Assembly: GCF_036321535.1 (NCBI RefSeq)
Contig: NC_087437.1
Span: 15,688,001-15,752,000, forward strand
Direction of reading: 5' to 3'
Length of the DNA: 64,000 nucleotides
DNA from: Camelus dromedarius
Taxonomy: Eukaryota
In this document: one piece after another, positions 36,295 through 48,944 of the stretch
How the letters are laid out: each line of letters opens with the position of its first letter
Numbering within the stretch: position 1 is the first letter of the stretch
Position numbers and translations under genes: made by a program
The notes under the pieces: generated by a model
What the model saw: the letters and a program-made list of their open reading frames with translations, nothing else
The model's database searches: none
What the model was told of the DNA's origin: nothing

Positions 36295-39200
36295 AGAGTC
36301 TATGAATGGCACCCTGCCCCTCAGGTGGTCAGCTTCTCAGCTCCCAGAGGGCATCTCCAGGAGGCTTCCTGGGGACAAGGGGTAGGGTCTACCATATTGT
36401 ATGCACAGAACAGTTTGGCTTGAGGGAAGCTGCAGGGCTGCTCCAAGGCTGATTCAGCCTCTAAGCAGGGAGAGATCACCCCTTTCTTCAGTCTCCTGTG
36501 CAGGATGCTTGGGACGGGCACCTCTCCACATGGCAGTTTCCCCGCCCCACTCAAGGGGCCTCTTCTGTGGCTGTGGTCAAATCTCAGCTCCTCCCCGCTG
36601 CCCTCCTTCAGCCTGCTCCCTCTAGGGAGAAGATCCCAAGGGGAACCCCAGCTTCGGTAACTTCCCTGCACAGCCGAATACTTGTCACTAAGTAGCTGTA
36701 TGTCAAATGCTTACCTGCTGGTCTGAGTGAAGCCAGAAAGAGCTGTGAGAACCGGCCTGCTGCTTCGCATGTCCCCAAACACAATGTTCAGACAGTCGCA
36801 GGTGAAACAGCACCAAATGGGGTTCACGCTTTGCCTCTGGGGGGTGGTGCAGGGAGAGCTGGCCTTGCTTTGGTGAAAGACTTGCACATGTGGTCCATGG
36901 AGGGGACAGGAGGAGATTTGGGTCCTGCTGGGAAGCTGGAGTCAGTGAGGCTGGAGGCAGGATGGACAGAGATGCTCCCGACAGTCACTGAGCCCTCTGT
37001 GCTGGGGCATTCGTCCGGCCTAAGAGGAAGTTCTCCAGTCAGCACCCCAGGACGATTTCAAGGGTCCCTGATCTAGGCGGCATCTTATAACAGTACTTTC
37101 TAACTTCTACTTTCCTGACTTCAGGTTTGACTCGGAGGAGAGGGAGGCCCGTGCCTCTGTGTGGAGAGAGTCCCCAGGGGATGGTCCATGGACAGCTGGG
37201 GAATCCTCATCCTGCACCCAACACTTGGCAAAGTGTCCGGAGGCCCCTAAACGGTTAAGAAGAGCATCCTATCAAGAGTCTTGCGAGGAGAGTCAAGTCC
37301 TACTGTGTGCAGGGTGATGGGCTGCGATGTCTGGCACATTTCACGGGCCAGTATGTGGTGGGGTCTGGGAACCAGACAGCTGAAGGTCCGGTGAAACCTG
37401 GCAAAGAGGAGAGAGACCCAGGGGACAGGAAGCATGTGTTCTTCACCCTGCCCTTCCAGCTTGGAAGGGAGAGGGGGCTGGTAGGAGAGACTTCTAGATG
37501 GGCCCAGAGTGTGCTTAACAGCAGAGAGAATCTTGTAGCAATGCCTGAGGCTCTGAGTGAGACAGGAATTGGGACCCAGTGGACCTCAGTGTCTATTTCC
37601 CCGGTTCCAAGGCTCTAAACACGGGCTACTCCATTCCCGTGGAGACATCAGCAAGAAGATGCCTTTCCTTTTGCATCTTCTGTATGGAAGACCGGTTGCT
37701 CACCCAGCCGGTGACAACTCCAGAACTGGGAGGACCTACAGGATGCAGCAGATGCCACCCATAGACCAGACCTGGCCCCCCAGGAAGCAGCCGGGTTTGT
37801 GTGAGCATATCAGCACCCAGGGCAGAATCGTGGTTCCTGTCAAAAAATACAGGGAGAACAGATAACGCTTAGGTAACCAGCAGTGTGTGCCAGAGTCCTC
37901 AAAACTCATCTAGTCCAAACCCCCATTTCACAGATAGGCAAACTGAGATCCATAACCCAGCCAGTGTTAGTCTTTGGACTAGAACTCAGAACTCTGTACT
38001 CCTACGACAAGGTTGTTTTTAATACTTCAATCCAATTCACCAATATTTATTAAATAGACACAGGATTTGGTGGCTGGCAGAATCTTGAGGGTGGGTGGAG
38101 AAAAAGAAGAATCATGAACTAGTCCAAACTCTTCAGTCCTACAGAGAGGAAGAAAATTAGGGAAGAGATGTGCAATGATGGATTTAAGTCAGATATGTGA
38201 TTGGACGGAAGGCACAGCTGGGAGGAAGAAGGGATATTGGGGTGGCAGAGTCCCTGAGACAAGGATGGGGAACTTCTGTGGTCACCTGTGTCAGCAGGGC
38301 CAAGTCCTGGGGAGAGAGAGTGTGGGGGAGGGGTGCCCCTGGAGAGGAGCTGAAGGCAGGCTACGGGACACTGGTGTGGGTGCCAAGGACGTGAAGACCC
38401 CTTGGGGGTGAAGGGAAGGAGAGAAGAAGGATGGTGATGTGAGCATGAGGAGGGCCAGGGAATGACCAGTTTTCAAGGCTGAGGAACAGAATTGTGGGCT
38501 TTGGTGACAGAACCGGAGGAAGGGGCGATTTGGAGTGCGGAAGTGAGCAGAGAGATGAGGTGGGAGGGGAGGGGGCAGGAAGCGCCCCTGGCACTGGGTG
38601 AGAGGAGGGGGCTGGTGTGGGGGCCAGGAGAGCGGGGAGTTAGTGAGTGCCGTGTCCAGGGGTGAACCTGGACGTGAGTGTGTACATGTCCCTTGTGTGT
38701 GATGGTGAGCACGCTGAGGTTAAGCTGAAATGGGGTTGGCCAGGGCAACTGGGTAGAGATGGGGCTGAAAAAAGAAAAGCAATTCAAAACATACCTTATC
38801 TATGAGGAAGTCGCCCCTGATCACAGCTGTTAGGACAATCATCAATTATTTGTGGACTGCTAGAGGAAGACGTGATCCAAGGGTCACCTGGGGGGGATGG
38901 GCCCAAGCCCACTCCAACTGCATGGTCTGTGGGAGTCCAAAGTCCCCCGTCTGTCTTCCGCCGTCTGGATATGAACTTCTCACGCATTCTCTGCCCCTAA
39001 CGCTGCTGGTCTCCGCAACCACACAAAGTGCGCCTCCCCCGGGGGCTCCCAGAGGCTCTGGATGCCCCCCTCCTCCGGCATCATCCTCTGGGCAGTGCAG
39101 GCTTCTCCCTTTTAGAGTCTTCCTGGGCAGGTGCCCCTGATCCTGAAGCCTTGGCTCCCACAGACATGCAGCAAGACATTTTTCCCAAGAAAGAACAGTG

Positions 39201-40056
39201 TGTCCCATCGGAAGGTTGCACTGAATGGATTTTTCACCATCCACTTATTCATCAGGTTTCAGGTTTGCTCTATTTTAGACGGCCCTCCAGCGTCACACTG
39301 AACTTGGATCATGTCTGTTTTCTACCATCACAGGACGGGAAGACTCTCTGGGTGGCGTGGTCAGGTGATCTCAACCCCCCAGACAGGACCCAGCCATGCT
39401 TCCTAGCTGTTTACACAGAGGAGAGGCGCCGGGCCCGGAGCCGAGCCTGGGCTTTAGCTATGGCCTGTGGAAGGCGCATCTTTCCCAGGGCCTCGGTTTC
39501 CTCAGCTGTAAGGTGAGGTTGGTCCAGGAACCTTGACAGCCTATTTCAGGCTAAAGAGTTTGGCGACTTGGCTTCCCCGTGGCCGGCCTGAGGGGCAGCT
39601 CTGTGGGGCACTGCCTCTTTCCAGCTCTCATTGCTGGGCCCATCTCTGCCCAGCTCTGGCCCCATTTGTTCCAATGCAACCACATCCTCATCCCCTAGAC
39701 ACAGCCACCTTGGCTTCCTAGGTCGCTGTGAGCCAAGGTCGCAAGCCAGCCTGGGACACACCCTCAACTTTATTTCTCCTTCTGCTCTTTGTCACTCAAA
39801 TTTGGACTGCCCCCATCAACGGCAGCTCCAGGTCCCTTGCTGTGAGTTCCCCAGGGTGTGTGTTGTTTTGAGACCCAAGGGACCACCCACGCCCCCGGGG
39901 GTGCTCAGCTTCAACTTTAGGGCTGAGCTGGGGATGCCCAGGGGTCCTTCCAGTCATAGACCGTCCCCATATGTACCTCCCCACAGAATGGGATTCTGGT
40001 TACTAAGGAGCAGGCAAGTACCCCAATTATTAATTCATTTATCCAACAATTCCTTC

Positions 40057-40484
40057 TGGAATGAGTTGAATAGTGACCCCCCAAAAAGTTAGGAGGTCCT
40101 AACCCCCAGTACTTATAAGTATGACCTTAACTATTACAAGGGTTTTGCAGACATAATTAAGTTACAGATCATCCTGGATTAACCAAGGAGGTCCTAAATC
40201 CAGTGACAAACATCCTTCAGGAAGAGACACAGGGAGGGGAGGGAAGGCCACGTGAAGAGGGGTCAGGAATCAGAGAGATTCTGCCACAAGCCAAGGAAAG
40301 CCTGGAGCCACCAGGAGCTGGAAGAGGCAAGGGAACAGTCTTCTCTAGGACTTTCAGAGGGAAGGTAGCCCTGCTGGCACCTTGATTTTAGACTTCTGAC
40401 CTGCGGAACCATAAGACAATAAATATGTGGGCTTCTAAGCCACTAACTTTGTGGTCATTTTTTACAGCAGCCAGAGCAAACACA
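40057..40484 (+). mobile_element. MaLR MLT1B/C-like solo LTR
   Basis: GAGTTGAATAGTGACCCCCCAAAA...CCACAAGCCAAGGAA...GGAAGAGGCAAGG...AATAAAT...AAGCCAC. Confidence 0.88.
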
Positions 40485-41124
40485 GTCTGGCTAAATGGGT
40501 CTTTCTCCCGGTTATAGGAGCAGCCCTGCACGGCTACGGCCCGTGAGTTCTTAGGAGTCAGAGCCTCTGCTGGCCAGCTTGTTGGTGTTTCTCATGAACT
40601 GGTACCTTTGCCTCTAGCATCATCACCTACTGGATTTTCCTGGCAAGGGAAACTTTCCCCTCCCCGCATGCTGCCTACCAGAGACCATCCAGCATCCAAC
40701 AATAGGAAATTAATCCAAACGAGCAGGAAACAGGCGGGCCTGGACTTCGACTCTTAGCACCTGGATTTTAAACCTGAAAACCAGGAAAGCCTGACTCGTA
40801 GGACTGTGGTGTGGAAAGAACTCTGGTTACAGTGGAGGTTGCTGTGGGGGGAAGGGAAACCAAGCCACTCTCCTGATGTTGTGTGTAAGGGGCAGGGGTC
40901 TCTGGCAGTGACGTGTAAGTGCAAAAGTCTTCAGGGACAAGCAACGTAAAAGTGGAACTATGACCACGATCACAGCACAGACCCCTATAAATAGCAAGCA
41001 GAATCGCCGTCATAGTCAGAGAAGAGGAAGGCTCACGACCGGGTACGATCCGCCAGCCTGTCTTCCAAGCACTTCGCCCATACTTTTCAGTCTCCGCAGT
41101 AACTTACGAGACGTTTGCCTTTTG

Positions 41125-41179
41125 TAGTCCCTGTTTTGCTGATGGAAAACTGGAGCACAGAGAGGTTAAATAATTGCTT
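41125..41179 (-). mobile_element. MIR fragment interrupted by the full-length L1
   Basis: GATGGAAAACTGGAGCACAGAGAGGTTAAATAATTGC is the MIR core in antisense. It appears to resume as CTCACAATTAGT at 48301. Confidence 0.65.
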
Positions 41180-41193
41180 AAAAAACAATTAGA

Positions 41194-42864
41194 GAAGACG
41201 GAGAAGATGGCGGAGTAGAAGGACGCTCGCAGGTCACCCTCTCCCACAAATACACCAAGACCCACATCTACAGACCCACTCAGCCAACCAGAGCACCTGT
41301 GGAACTCCGACAGAACATCGCCCTCTTCAAAAGATAAAGACGCCAAAAATCTGGTAGGAGAAAAGGAAAAAAGAAAGAACAAAAGGCAAAGCAGCGCGGG
41401 ACAGGTCCCGCGGGGAGGGAGCGGCAAAGGAGGACTGGCGCTCGCTCGCTGGGTCTCCCCTCTCCAACTGAGAGGCCAGCGGGACAGAGGAGGAGCCTCC
41501 GAGGCTCGGATCTGTACAGAGGAGCCCTTGACTAACAGAACTAAGTTAAACGGGCACAGAGCGTCCCCCCGACACCCAGCCTGAGACGCAGGCCGGCAGC
41601 GGCGGGCAGGGCCAGGCTGCACAAGCCGGGCGGAGGACAGAAGTGGCTGCACGGAGGCAGCCCCGGGGGAACACAAGGGGCTGCGTGCCGTGGCTGTGGG
41701 TGCACAGGGCAGAACAACCTGGGCCCTCCATAAAACAGCAAGGTTGATGTGCTCTCGGGGGAAGGGTGCACACCCCCATCTCTGAAAACCCGCGGAAAGT
41801 TTTCGGGGGAAGAGAGGCGGGGCTCAGGCACAGCCGCCATATCCTCCGCGCTTAGCACCCAGGCGGGGGCGGGGGCGAAACCTGCATCCGCACCGAAGGG
41901 CTTAGCAGCCTCAAAGGCCAGACTGAGACTGGCCTGCAGCCCGGGGCAGATAGGATCCTTCCATCCTGGTCCCTCAGAGAACTTGCTCCACAAAGACAAA
42001 CAAGGAGCTGGGTTTTGGCTCGGAGCAGGGACAGGGCTGTCCTTCGGTCTTCCCCGAGCCCACCCGCGCGGAGCCCCGACCAGGGCGGAGCGCGCAGCCG
42101 CACAGAGCAGCGGAGCTACCGGCGGCGGCGCAGGTAGAGCGAGAGCGGATCGCCGCCTTTCGGGCAGGAACACAGCCCCTGACCGAGGTGCTGGGAGGGG
42201 GCACGACCCGCCCTCCTACCCGGCCAGTCTGCAACATCTGACTGCGGCATCCGGAGGGGCAGCGACCCGCCCGCCCACAGCAGAGGAGAGCTGCACCTGA
42301 CCCAGTGTTAGGAGGAGGCGCGATCTGCTTGCCGACAGGTGCTGGGAGCAGCACAGAAGAGGGCGCCAACGGAGGGCCTCTGAAAACAGCAAGCTGAGCT
42401 TCCAAAACAGGATGAAGACAGAAAGACTTCACATTAAAAGCACACAGACTCCAGGAGAACACCGACAAGCCCCCCCCCTTTTTTTTTAAATCTGTTTTTA
42501 CCTGTTCTATTTTCTATTACTCTCTTAATCTTTACTTCTTAATTCATTTCTATTTCTCTTGGGTTTTGATGTCCTGCTATTGATTAGACACAGGTTTCAA
42601 ATACATCTATTCATCTCCCCCCCTTTTTTTGTAAAGGTTTCAAAAGGACGTCTCAACCCGATTAATACTCTGCTTCAACTCACTCTTCTATTATTCATTA
42701 TACACTGTTTTCAAACCCTCTTTCTCCCTTCTTTTAAAATTCTTTCTCTCTATTTTTTTTCTTTTTTTTCCTAAGTTCTATTCCTAAATAGGCATCAGAT
42801 AGATAAAATCCTTAAGGACCAAAATAAACAACTGATACTCCATAAACCACAGTGCCAAAGAGGT
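41194..42864 (+). promoter_or_regulatory. L1 5'UTR internal promoter (CpG-rich part ~41194-42450, pyrimidine-rich part ~42470-42790)
   Basis: YY1-type motif AAGATGGCGG at 41204-41213 near the element start, as in other mammalian L1s. Dense CpG and GC boxes follow. Confidence 0.85.
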
Positions 42865-43767
42865 ATGAGCAAGATGAAGAAGCAGAAAAACCTTTCCCAA
42901 TTAAAAGAACAAGAGAAATCCCCTGAAAGAAAGATCAACGAAATAGACATCGATAGCCTACTAGATCAAGATTTCAAAAAAGGAGTGATCGAATTGCTGA
43001 AGGAATTAAAAGAGATAGTGTTTAGAGATATAAAACATGTCAAAAATGAAATTGAAGCTATAAAGAAGAGCCAAGTAGAATGGATAAACTCATTGACAGA
43101 GATGAGGAATGATCTAATAGCTGTGCAAAGCTGACTAGATAATGCAGAGGAACGAATTAGTGATCTAGAAGACAGGGCAATAGAAAGCACCCATTCAGAA
43201 GAACTACAAGATAAGCAAATAAAAAATAATGAAAATAGCATAAGGGACCTATGGGATAATATAAAGCGTCCCAATCTTCGCATAATAGGGGTCCCAGAAG
43301 GAGAAGAAAGATCAAAGGGGATTGAAAAGGTTTTTGAAGAAATCATGACTGAAAACTTCCCAAACTTAAAGAAGGAATCAGATATCCAAGTACAGGAAGC
43401 TCAGAGGGTCCCAAACAGGAAGAACTCAAATAGACCCACACCAAGACATATCATAATCAAGATGGCCAGAGTCAAGGATAAAGAAATGATTCTAAAGGCA
43501 GCAAGAGAAAAGCAAAGAGTAAGTTACAAGGGAACCCCCATAAGGCTCTCAGCTGATTTCTCTACACAAACACTACAGGCCAGAAGGGAGTGGCAAGATA
43601 TATTCAAAGCCCTGAATGAAAAAAAGATGCAGCCTAGGATCCTTTATCCAGCAAGGCTATCCTTGAGGATAGAAGGAGAAATAAAGAGTTTCACAGACAA
43701 AAAAAAGCTGCAGGAGTTTAGCAACACTAAACCCATGCTAAAAGAAATATTGAAAGGACTATTCTAA
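42865..43767 (+). pseudogene. L1 ORF1p (RNA-binding chaperone), 300 codons with one premature TGA at 43132-43134
   Basis: ORFs 42865-43134 and 43345-43767 are in the same frame. Motifs LDNAEERISDLEDR, RPTPRHII, AREK, LSADFS and YPARLS are present. The stop is consistent with CGA>TGA CpG decay. Confidence 0.95.
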
Positions 43768-44170
43768 ATAGAAAAGCAGCAGGATGCTACAGAAATGAGA
43801 AACACACAACTGGAAAGGTGATAACTCATGAATTACAAATAAAGTAAACATGAAATTATAAAAGAAGACATACAAATCACTGAGAGTGGGAGAGGGAGGC
43901 AGGGAAATATAGAATATTTTTTTCTTTCTTTTTTAAATTTTTTTAACAGTAGGATGGGTTTGAGATCATGTTACTATCAGTTTAATAAAAACAGTTATAG
44001 TAATGGGGTGATAGACTTACAAAAAAGGGTAACCACAAGCCAAAAATTTACAAAGGAGTCACAAAAATTAAATAAACCCATGATAATACAAAGGAAAATT
44101 ACCAAACCACAAAAGGAAGAAGAAAGGAACAAAGAGGATATACCAATTCAACTGCAAAGATAAGTTCAAA

Positions 44171-47100
44171 ATGGCAATAAACACACATCTATCATTAATT
44201 ACTGTAAATGTTAATGGACTAAATGCTCCAGTCAAAAGACACAGAGTGGCAGACTGGATAATAAAGCAAGAACCTTCAATATGCTGCATACAAGAGACCC
44301 ACGTTAGGGAGAAGGACACATATAGATTGAGAGTGAAAGGATGGAAAAGGATATTCCATGCAAATGGAAAAGCCAGAAAAGCAGGTGTTGCAGTACTGAT
44401 TTCAGACAAAATAGACTTTAAAACAAAAGCCATAAAGAAAGATAAAGAAGGACATTTTATAATGATTAAAGGAGTGATACAAGATGAGGATATTACACTC
44501 GTTAATATATATGCACCCAATATAGGAGCACCTAAGTACATACAAGAATTACTAACAGAAATAAAGGGGGATATTGATGGCAATACAATCATAGTTGGAG
44601 ATTTTAACACTGCATTAACATCACTAGACAGATCTTCCAGACAGAAAATAAACAAGGCAACAGAGAAATTAAATACTACAATAGAAAAACTAGATTTGGT
44701 GGATATTTTCAGAGCATTACACCCCCAAAAAATAGGATATACATTCTTTTCAAGTGCACATGGAACATTTTCCAGGATCGATCATGTACTTGGGCACAAA
44801 AGAAACCTCAACAATTTTAAGAAGATAGAAATTATCTCAAGCATCTTTACTGACCACAATGCCATGAAACTGGAAATCAACAACAGAGAAACAAAGGAGA
44901 AAAAAAGGAAAGCATGGAGATTAAACAATATGTTATTGAAAAAACAATGGATCAATGAGGAAATCAAAGCTGAAATTAAAAAATACCTTGAGACAAATGA
45001 TCATGAAAGCACAACCACTCAAAACCTATGGGACACAGCAAAGGCAGTGCTAAGAGGGAAGTTTATAGCGATACAGGCCTTCCTCAAAACAGAAGAACAA
45101 TCTCAAATAAACAATTTAACCCACCACCTGAATGAATTAGAAAAAGAAGAACAAAAAGCCCCAAAAAGCAGCAGAAGGAAGGAAATAATAAAGATCAGAG
45201 AGGAATTAAATACAATAGAGATTAACAAGACCATAGAAAAAATCAACCAAACCAAAAGCTGGTTTTTTGAAAAAGTAAATAAAATTGACAAACCTCTGGC
45301 CAAACTCACAAAGAAGAAAAAAGAGAGAGCACAAATTAGCAAAATAAGAAAGGAAAATGGAGAAATTACAACAAACAAAATAGAAATACAGAATATCATA
45401 CGAGAATATTATGAAAAACTATATGGAACCAAACTGGATAACCTAGAGGAGATGGACAAGTTTCTGGAAACATACTGTCCACCAAGACTGAATCAAGAAG
45501 AATCTGAACACTTGAACAATCCGATCACTAGAAAGGAAATAGAAATAGCAATTAAAAACCTCCCTACAAATAAAAGTCCAGGACCGGACGGCTTCACCGG
45601 GGAATTCTACCAAACATACAAAGAAGAACTCATACCAGTCCTTCTCAAACTCTTCCAGACGATTGAAAAGGAGGGAATACTCCCAAACTCATTCTATGAA
45701 GCCACCATCACCCTGATACCAAAACCAGGCAAAGACACTACAAAAAAAAGAGAATTATAGGCCAATATCACTGATGAACATAGACGCCAAAATCCTCACC
45801 AAAATTTTAGCAAATAGAATCCAACAACACATAAAAAAGATTATACATCATGACCAAGTGGGGTTCATCCCAGGGACACAAGGCTGGTTCAACATACGTA
45901 AATCAATCAGTGTAATACATCACATCAACAAGAGAAAGGACAAAAACCACATGATCATCTCAATCGATGCAGAAAAAGCATTTGATAAAATTCAACACCC
46001 ATTTATGATAAAAACTCTCACCAAAGTGGGTATAGAGGGAACATATCTCAACATAATAAAAGCTATATATGACAAACCTACAGCCAGCATAGTACTCAAC
46101 GGTGAAAAACTCAAAAGCTTCCCACTAAAATCTGGGACAAGACAAGGCTGCCCACTGTCACCACTCCTATTCAACATAGTCCTGGAAGTCCTAGCCACAG
46201 CAGTCAGGCAAGAGAAAGAAATAAAAGGGATCCAAATTGGAAAAGAAGAGGTAAAAGTGTCATTATATGCTGATGACATGTTACTATATATAGAAAACCC
46301 TAAAAGGTCCACACAAAAGCTACTAGAGCTGATTGAAGAATTCAGCAAGGTAGCAGATTACAAAATTAACGTTCAAAAATCAGTTGCATTTCTTTACACT
46401 AACGATAAATCAACAGAAGAAGAAAGTAAAGAAACAATCCCCTTTAAAATAGCACCCAAAGTAATAAAATATCTGGGAATAAATCTAACCAAGGAGGTGA
46501 AAGAATTATACACAGAAAACTATAAACCATTGATGAAGGAAATTAAAGAAGACTTTAAAAAATGGAAAGATATTCCATGCTCTTGGATTGGAAGAATCAA
46601 TATTGTTAAAATGGTCACACTGCCCAAGGCAATCTACAGATTTAATGCAAACCCTATCCAATTACCTAGGACATATTTCACAGAACTAGAAAAAATCATA
46701 ATAAAATTCATATGGAACCATCAAAGACCTAGAATTGCCAAAGCATTACTGAAGAGAAAGAAAGAGGCTGGAGGAATAACTCTCCCAGACTTCAGACAAT
46801 ACTATAGAGCTACAGTCATCAAGACAGCATAGTATTGGTACCAAAACAGACATACAGACCAATGGAACAGAATAGAGAGCCCAGAAATGAACCCACAAAC
46901 TTTTGGTCAACTCATCTTCGACAAAGGAGGCAAGAATATACATTGGAATAAAGACAGTCTCTTCAGCAAATGGTGTTGGGAAAACTGGACAGCAGCATGT
47001 AAAACAATGAAGCTAGAACACTCCCTTACACCATATACAAAAATCAACTCAAAATGGATTAAAGACTTAAACATAAGACAAGATACAATAAACCTCCTAG

Positions 47101-47967
47101 AGGAAAACATAGGCAAAACATTATCTGACATACATTTAAAAATTTTTCTCCTAGAAGAAATAAAAGCAAGAATAAACAAATGGGACCTAATGAAACTTAC
47201 AAGCTTCTGCACAGCAAAGGAAACCAGAAGTAAAACAAGAAGAAAACCTACGGAATGGGAGAAAATTTTTGCAAGTGAAACCGACAAAGGCTTGATCTCC
47301 AGAATATATAAGCAGCTCATACGACTCAATAAGAAAAAAATAAACAACCCAATCCAAAAATGGGCAGAAGACCTAAACAAGCAATTCTCCAAGGAAGACA
47401 TACAAATGATCAAAAAGCACATGAAAAAATGCTCAATATCACTAATTATCAGAGAAATGCAAATCAAAACTGCAATGAGGTATCACCTCACACCAGTCAG
47501 AATGGCCGTCATTCAAAAATCCACAAATGACAAATGCTGGAGAGGCTGTGGAGAAAGGGGAACCCTCCTACACTGCTGGTGGGAATGCAGTTTGGTGCAG
47601 CCACTATGGAAAACTGTGGAGATTCCTCAAAAGACTAGGAATAGACTTACCATATGACCCAGGAATCCCACTCCTGGGCTTGTATCCAGAAGGAAATCTA
47701 CTTCAGGATGACACCTGCACCCCAATGTTCATAGCAGCACTATTTACAATAGCCAAAACATGGAAACAGCCTAAATGTCCATCAACAGGTGACTGGATAA
47801 AGAAGAGGTGGTATATTTATACAATGGAATACTACTCAGCCATAAAAACCGACAACATAATGCCATTTGCATCAACGTGGATGCTCCTGGAGAATGTCAT
47901 TCTAAGTGAAGTAAGCCAGAAAGAGAAAGAAAAATACCATATGAGATCGCTCATATGTGGAATCTAA
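44171..47967 (+). pseudogene. L1 ORF2p (APE endonuclease, reverse transcriptase, C-terminal Cys-rich domain), disrupted
   Basis: EN motifs NVNGLN, IQETH, NIYAPN, GDFNT, RIDH and TDHN; RT motifs QGCPLSP and YADD (46266-46277); Cys-rich motif [18 protein letters not shown]. Lesions: +1 frameshift in the A8 run 45742-45749, TGG>TAG at 46830-46832, and a frameshift near 47617. Confidence 0.96.
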
Positions 47968-48944
47968 AAAACAAAAACAAAAACAAACAAACAAACAAAA
48001 ACAAAGCGTAAATAAAGGACAGAAATAGACTCACAGACAGAGAATACAGACTTGTGGTTACCAGGGGGGTGGAGGGTGGGAAGGGATAGACTGGGATTTC
48101 AAAATTGTAGAATAGACTACACTGTATAGCACAGGGAAATATACACAAAATGTTACGATAACTCACAGAGAAAAAAATGTGACAATGAGTGTGTATATGT
48201 CCATGAATAACTGAAAAATTGTGCTGAACACTGGAATTTGACACAACATTGTAAAATGATTATAAATCAATAAAAAATGTTAAAAAAAAAACAATTAGAA
48301 CTCACAATTAGTCTGACTCTAGGGAATGCGCGCTTGATAATGTCAAGGTATTAACTGGCATCGTCACAAATTCCCAAAGCACTTTTCCATTAGTGGTTCC
48401 ATTTTGGTGCCCAGAGCAGCAGACAGGAAGCCTTATCCCGTTCTTCAGATGAGGAAACTGAGGTCAAGAGACTGGTCCAAGGAAAAGTGACCACTGCCAC
48501 CCTTGTTCAATGTCTGTCTGGTGTATCCACCCAGTAGAGCCCTAACCTTGTGTTACGGGAGAGTAAATAGGATAACTGAAGGGTTAGCAGTTACTGAGCA
48601 ATCACTACACGCCTGCCAAGAATGGCGTTAATGCATTATCATGTGCTCATTCAGTCCCATAACGAATGCCACGAGGTGGAGACCAGAGAGGTTAAGGAAA
48701 TTGTTTGAGGTCACACAGCTATAATAGTCAGTGGTCAAGCCAGAGCTAGAAACGCTCCCAAGCTCTTGGCCTGAGAGGAGCTCCGAGTTCAATGCAAATA
48801 GCTTCCTCGTGGCTCTTTGCAGACCTTGATGGGACGTGCTGTCCTTGGGCCTCTCTGGATTGGAGGTTACTTGTGCAGCAAGGGATCACACTCGCTTCAT
48901 GCCTCAGGGCACACAGAGCGCTTTCTCTGCACTGTTCTACAGAT

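Larger units (their letters stand above)
41194..48285 (+). mobile_element. Full-length LINE-1, young camelid-type family, inactivated copy
   Basis: Order is 5'UTR, ORF1, ~400-bp spacer, ORF2, 3'UTR, AATAAA (48269-48274), A-tail. The identical 14-bp TSD AAAAAACAATTAGA lies at 41180-41193 and 48286-48299. The target reads TT/AAAA, the L1 endonuclease consensus. Confidence 0.97.

Noticed and set aside
41104..42468. Long antisense and sense ORFs (164-210 aa) in the L1 5'UTR as listed in the ORF track
   Set aside because: The listed starts are GTG or TTG in very GC-rich sequence. Only the internal ATG at 41840 is kept as a hypothesis.
46830..46832. TGG>TAG as evidence of APOBEC3 editing
   Set aside because: It is a single event, with no visible run of G>A changes in the element.
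42966..47467. Minus-strand ORFs over L1 ORF1/ORF2
   Set aside because: These are antisense shadows of A-rich L1 coding sequence.
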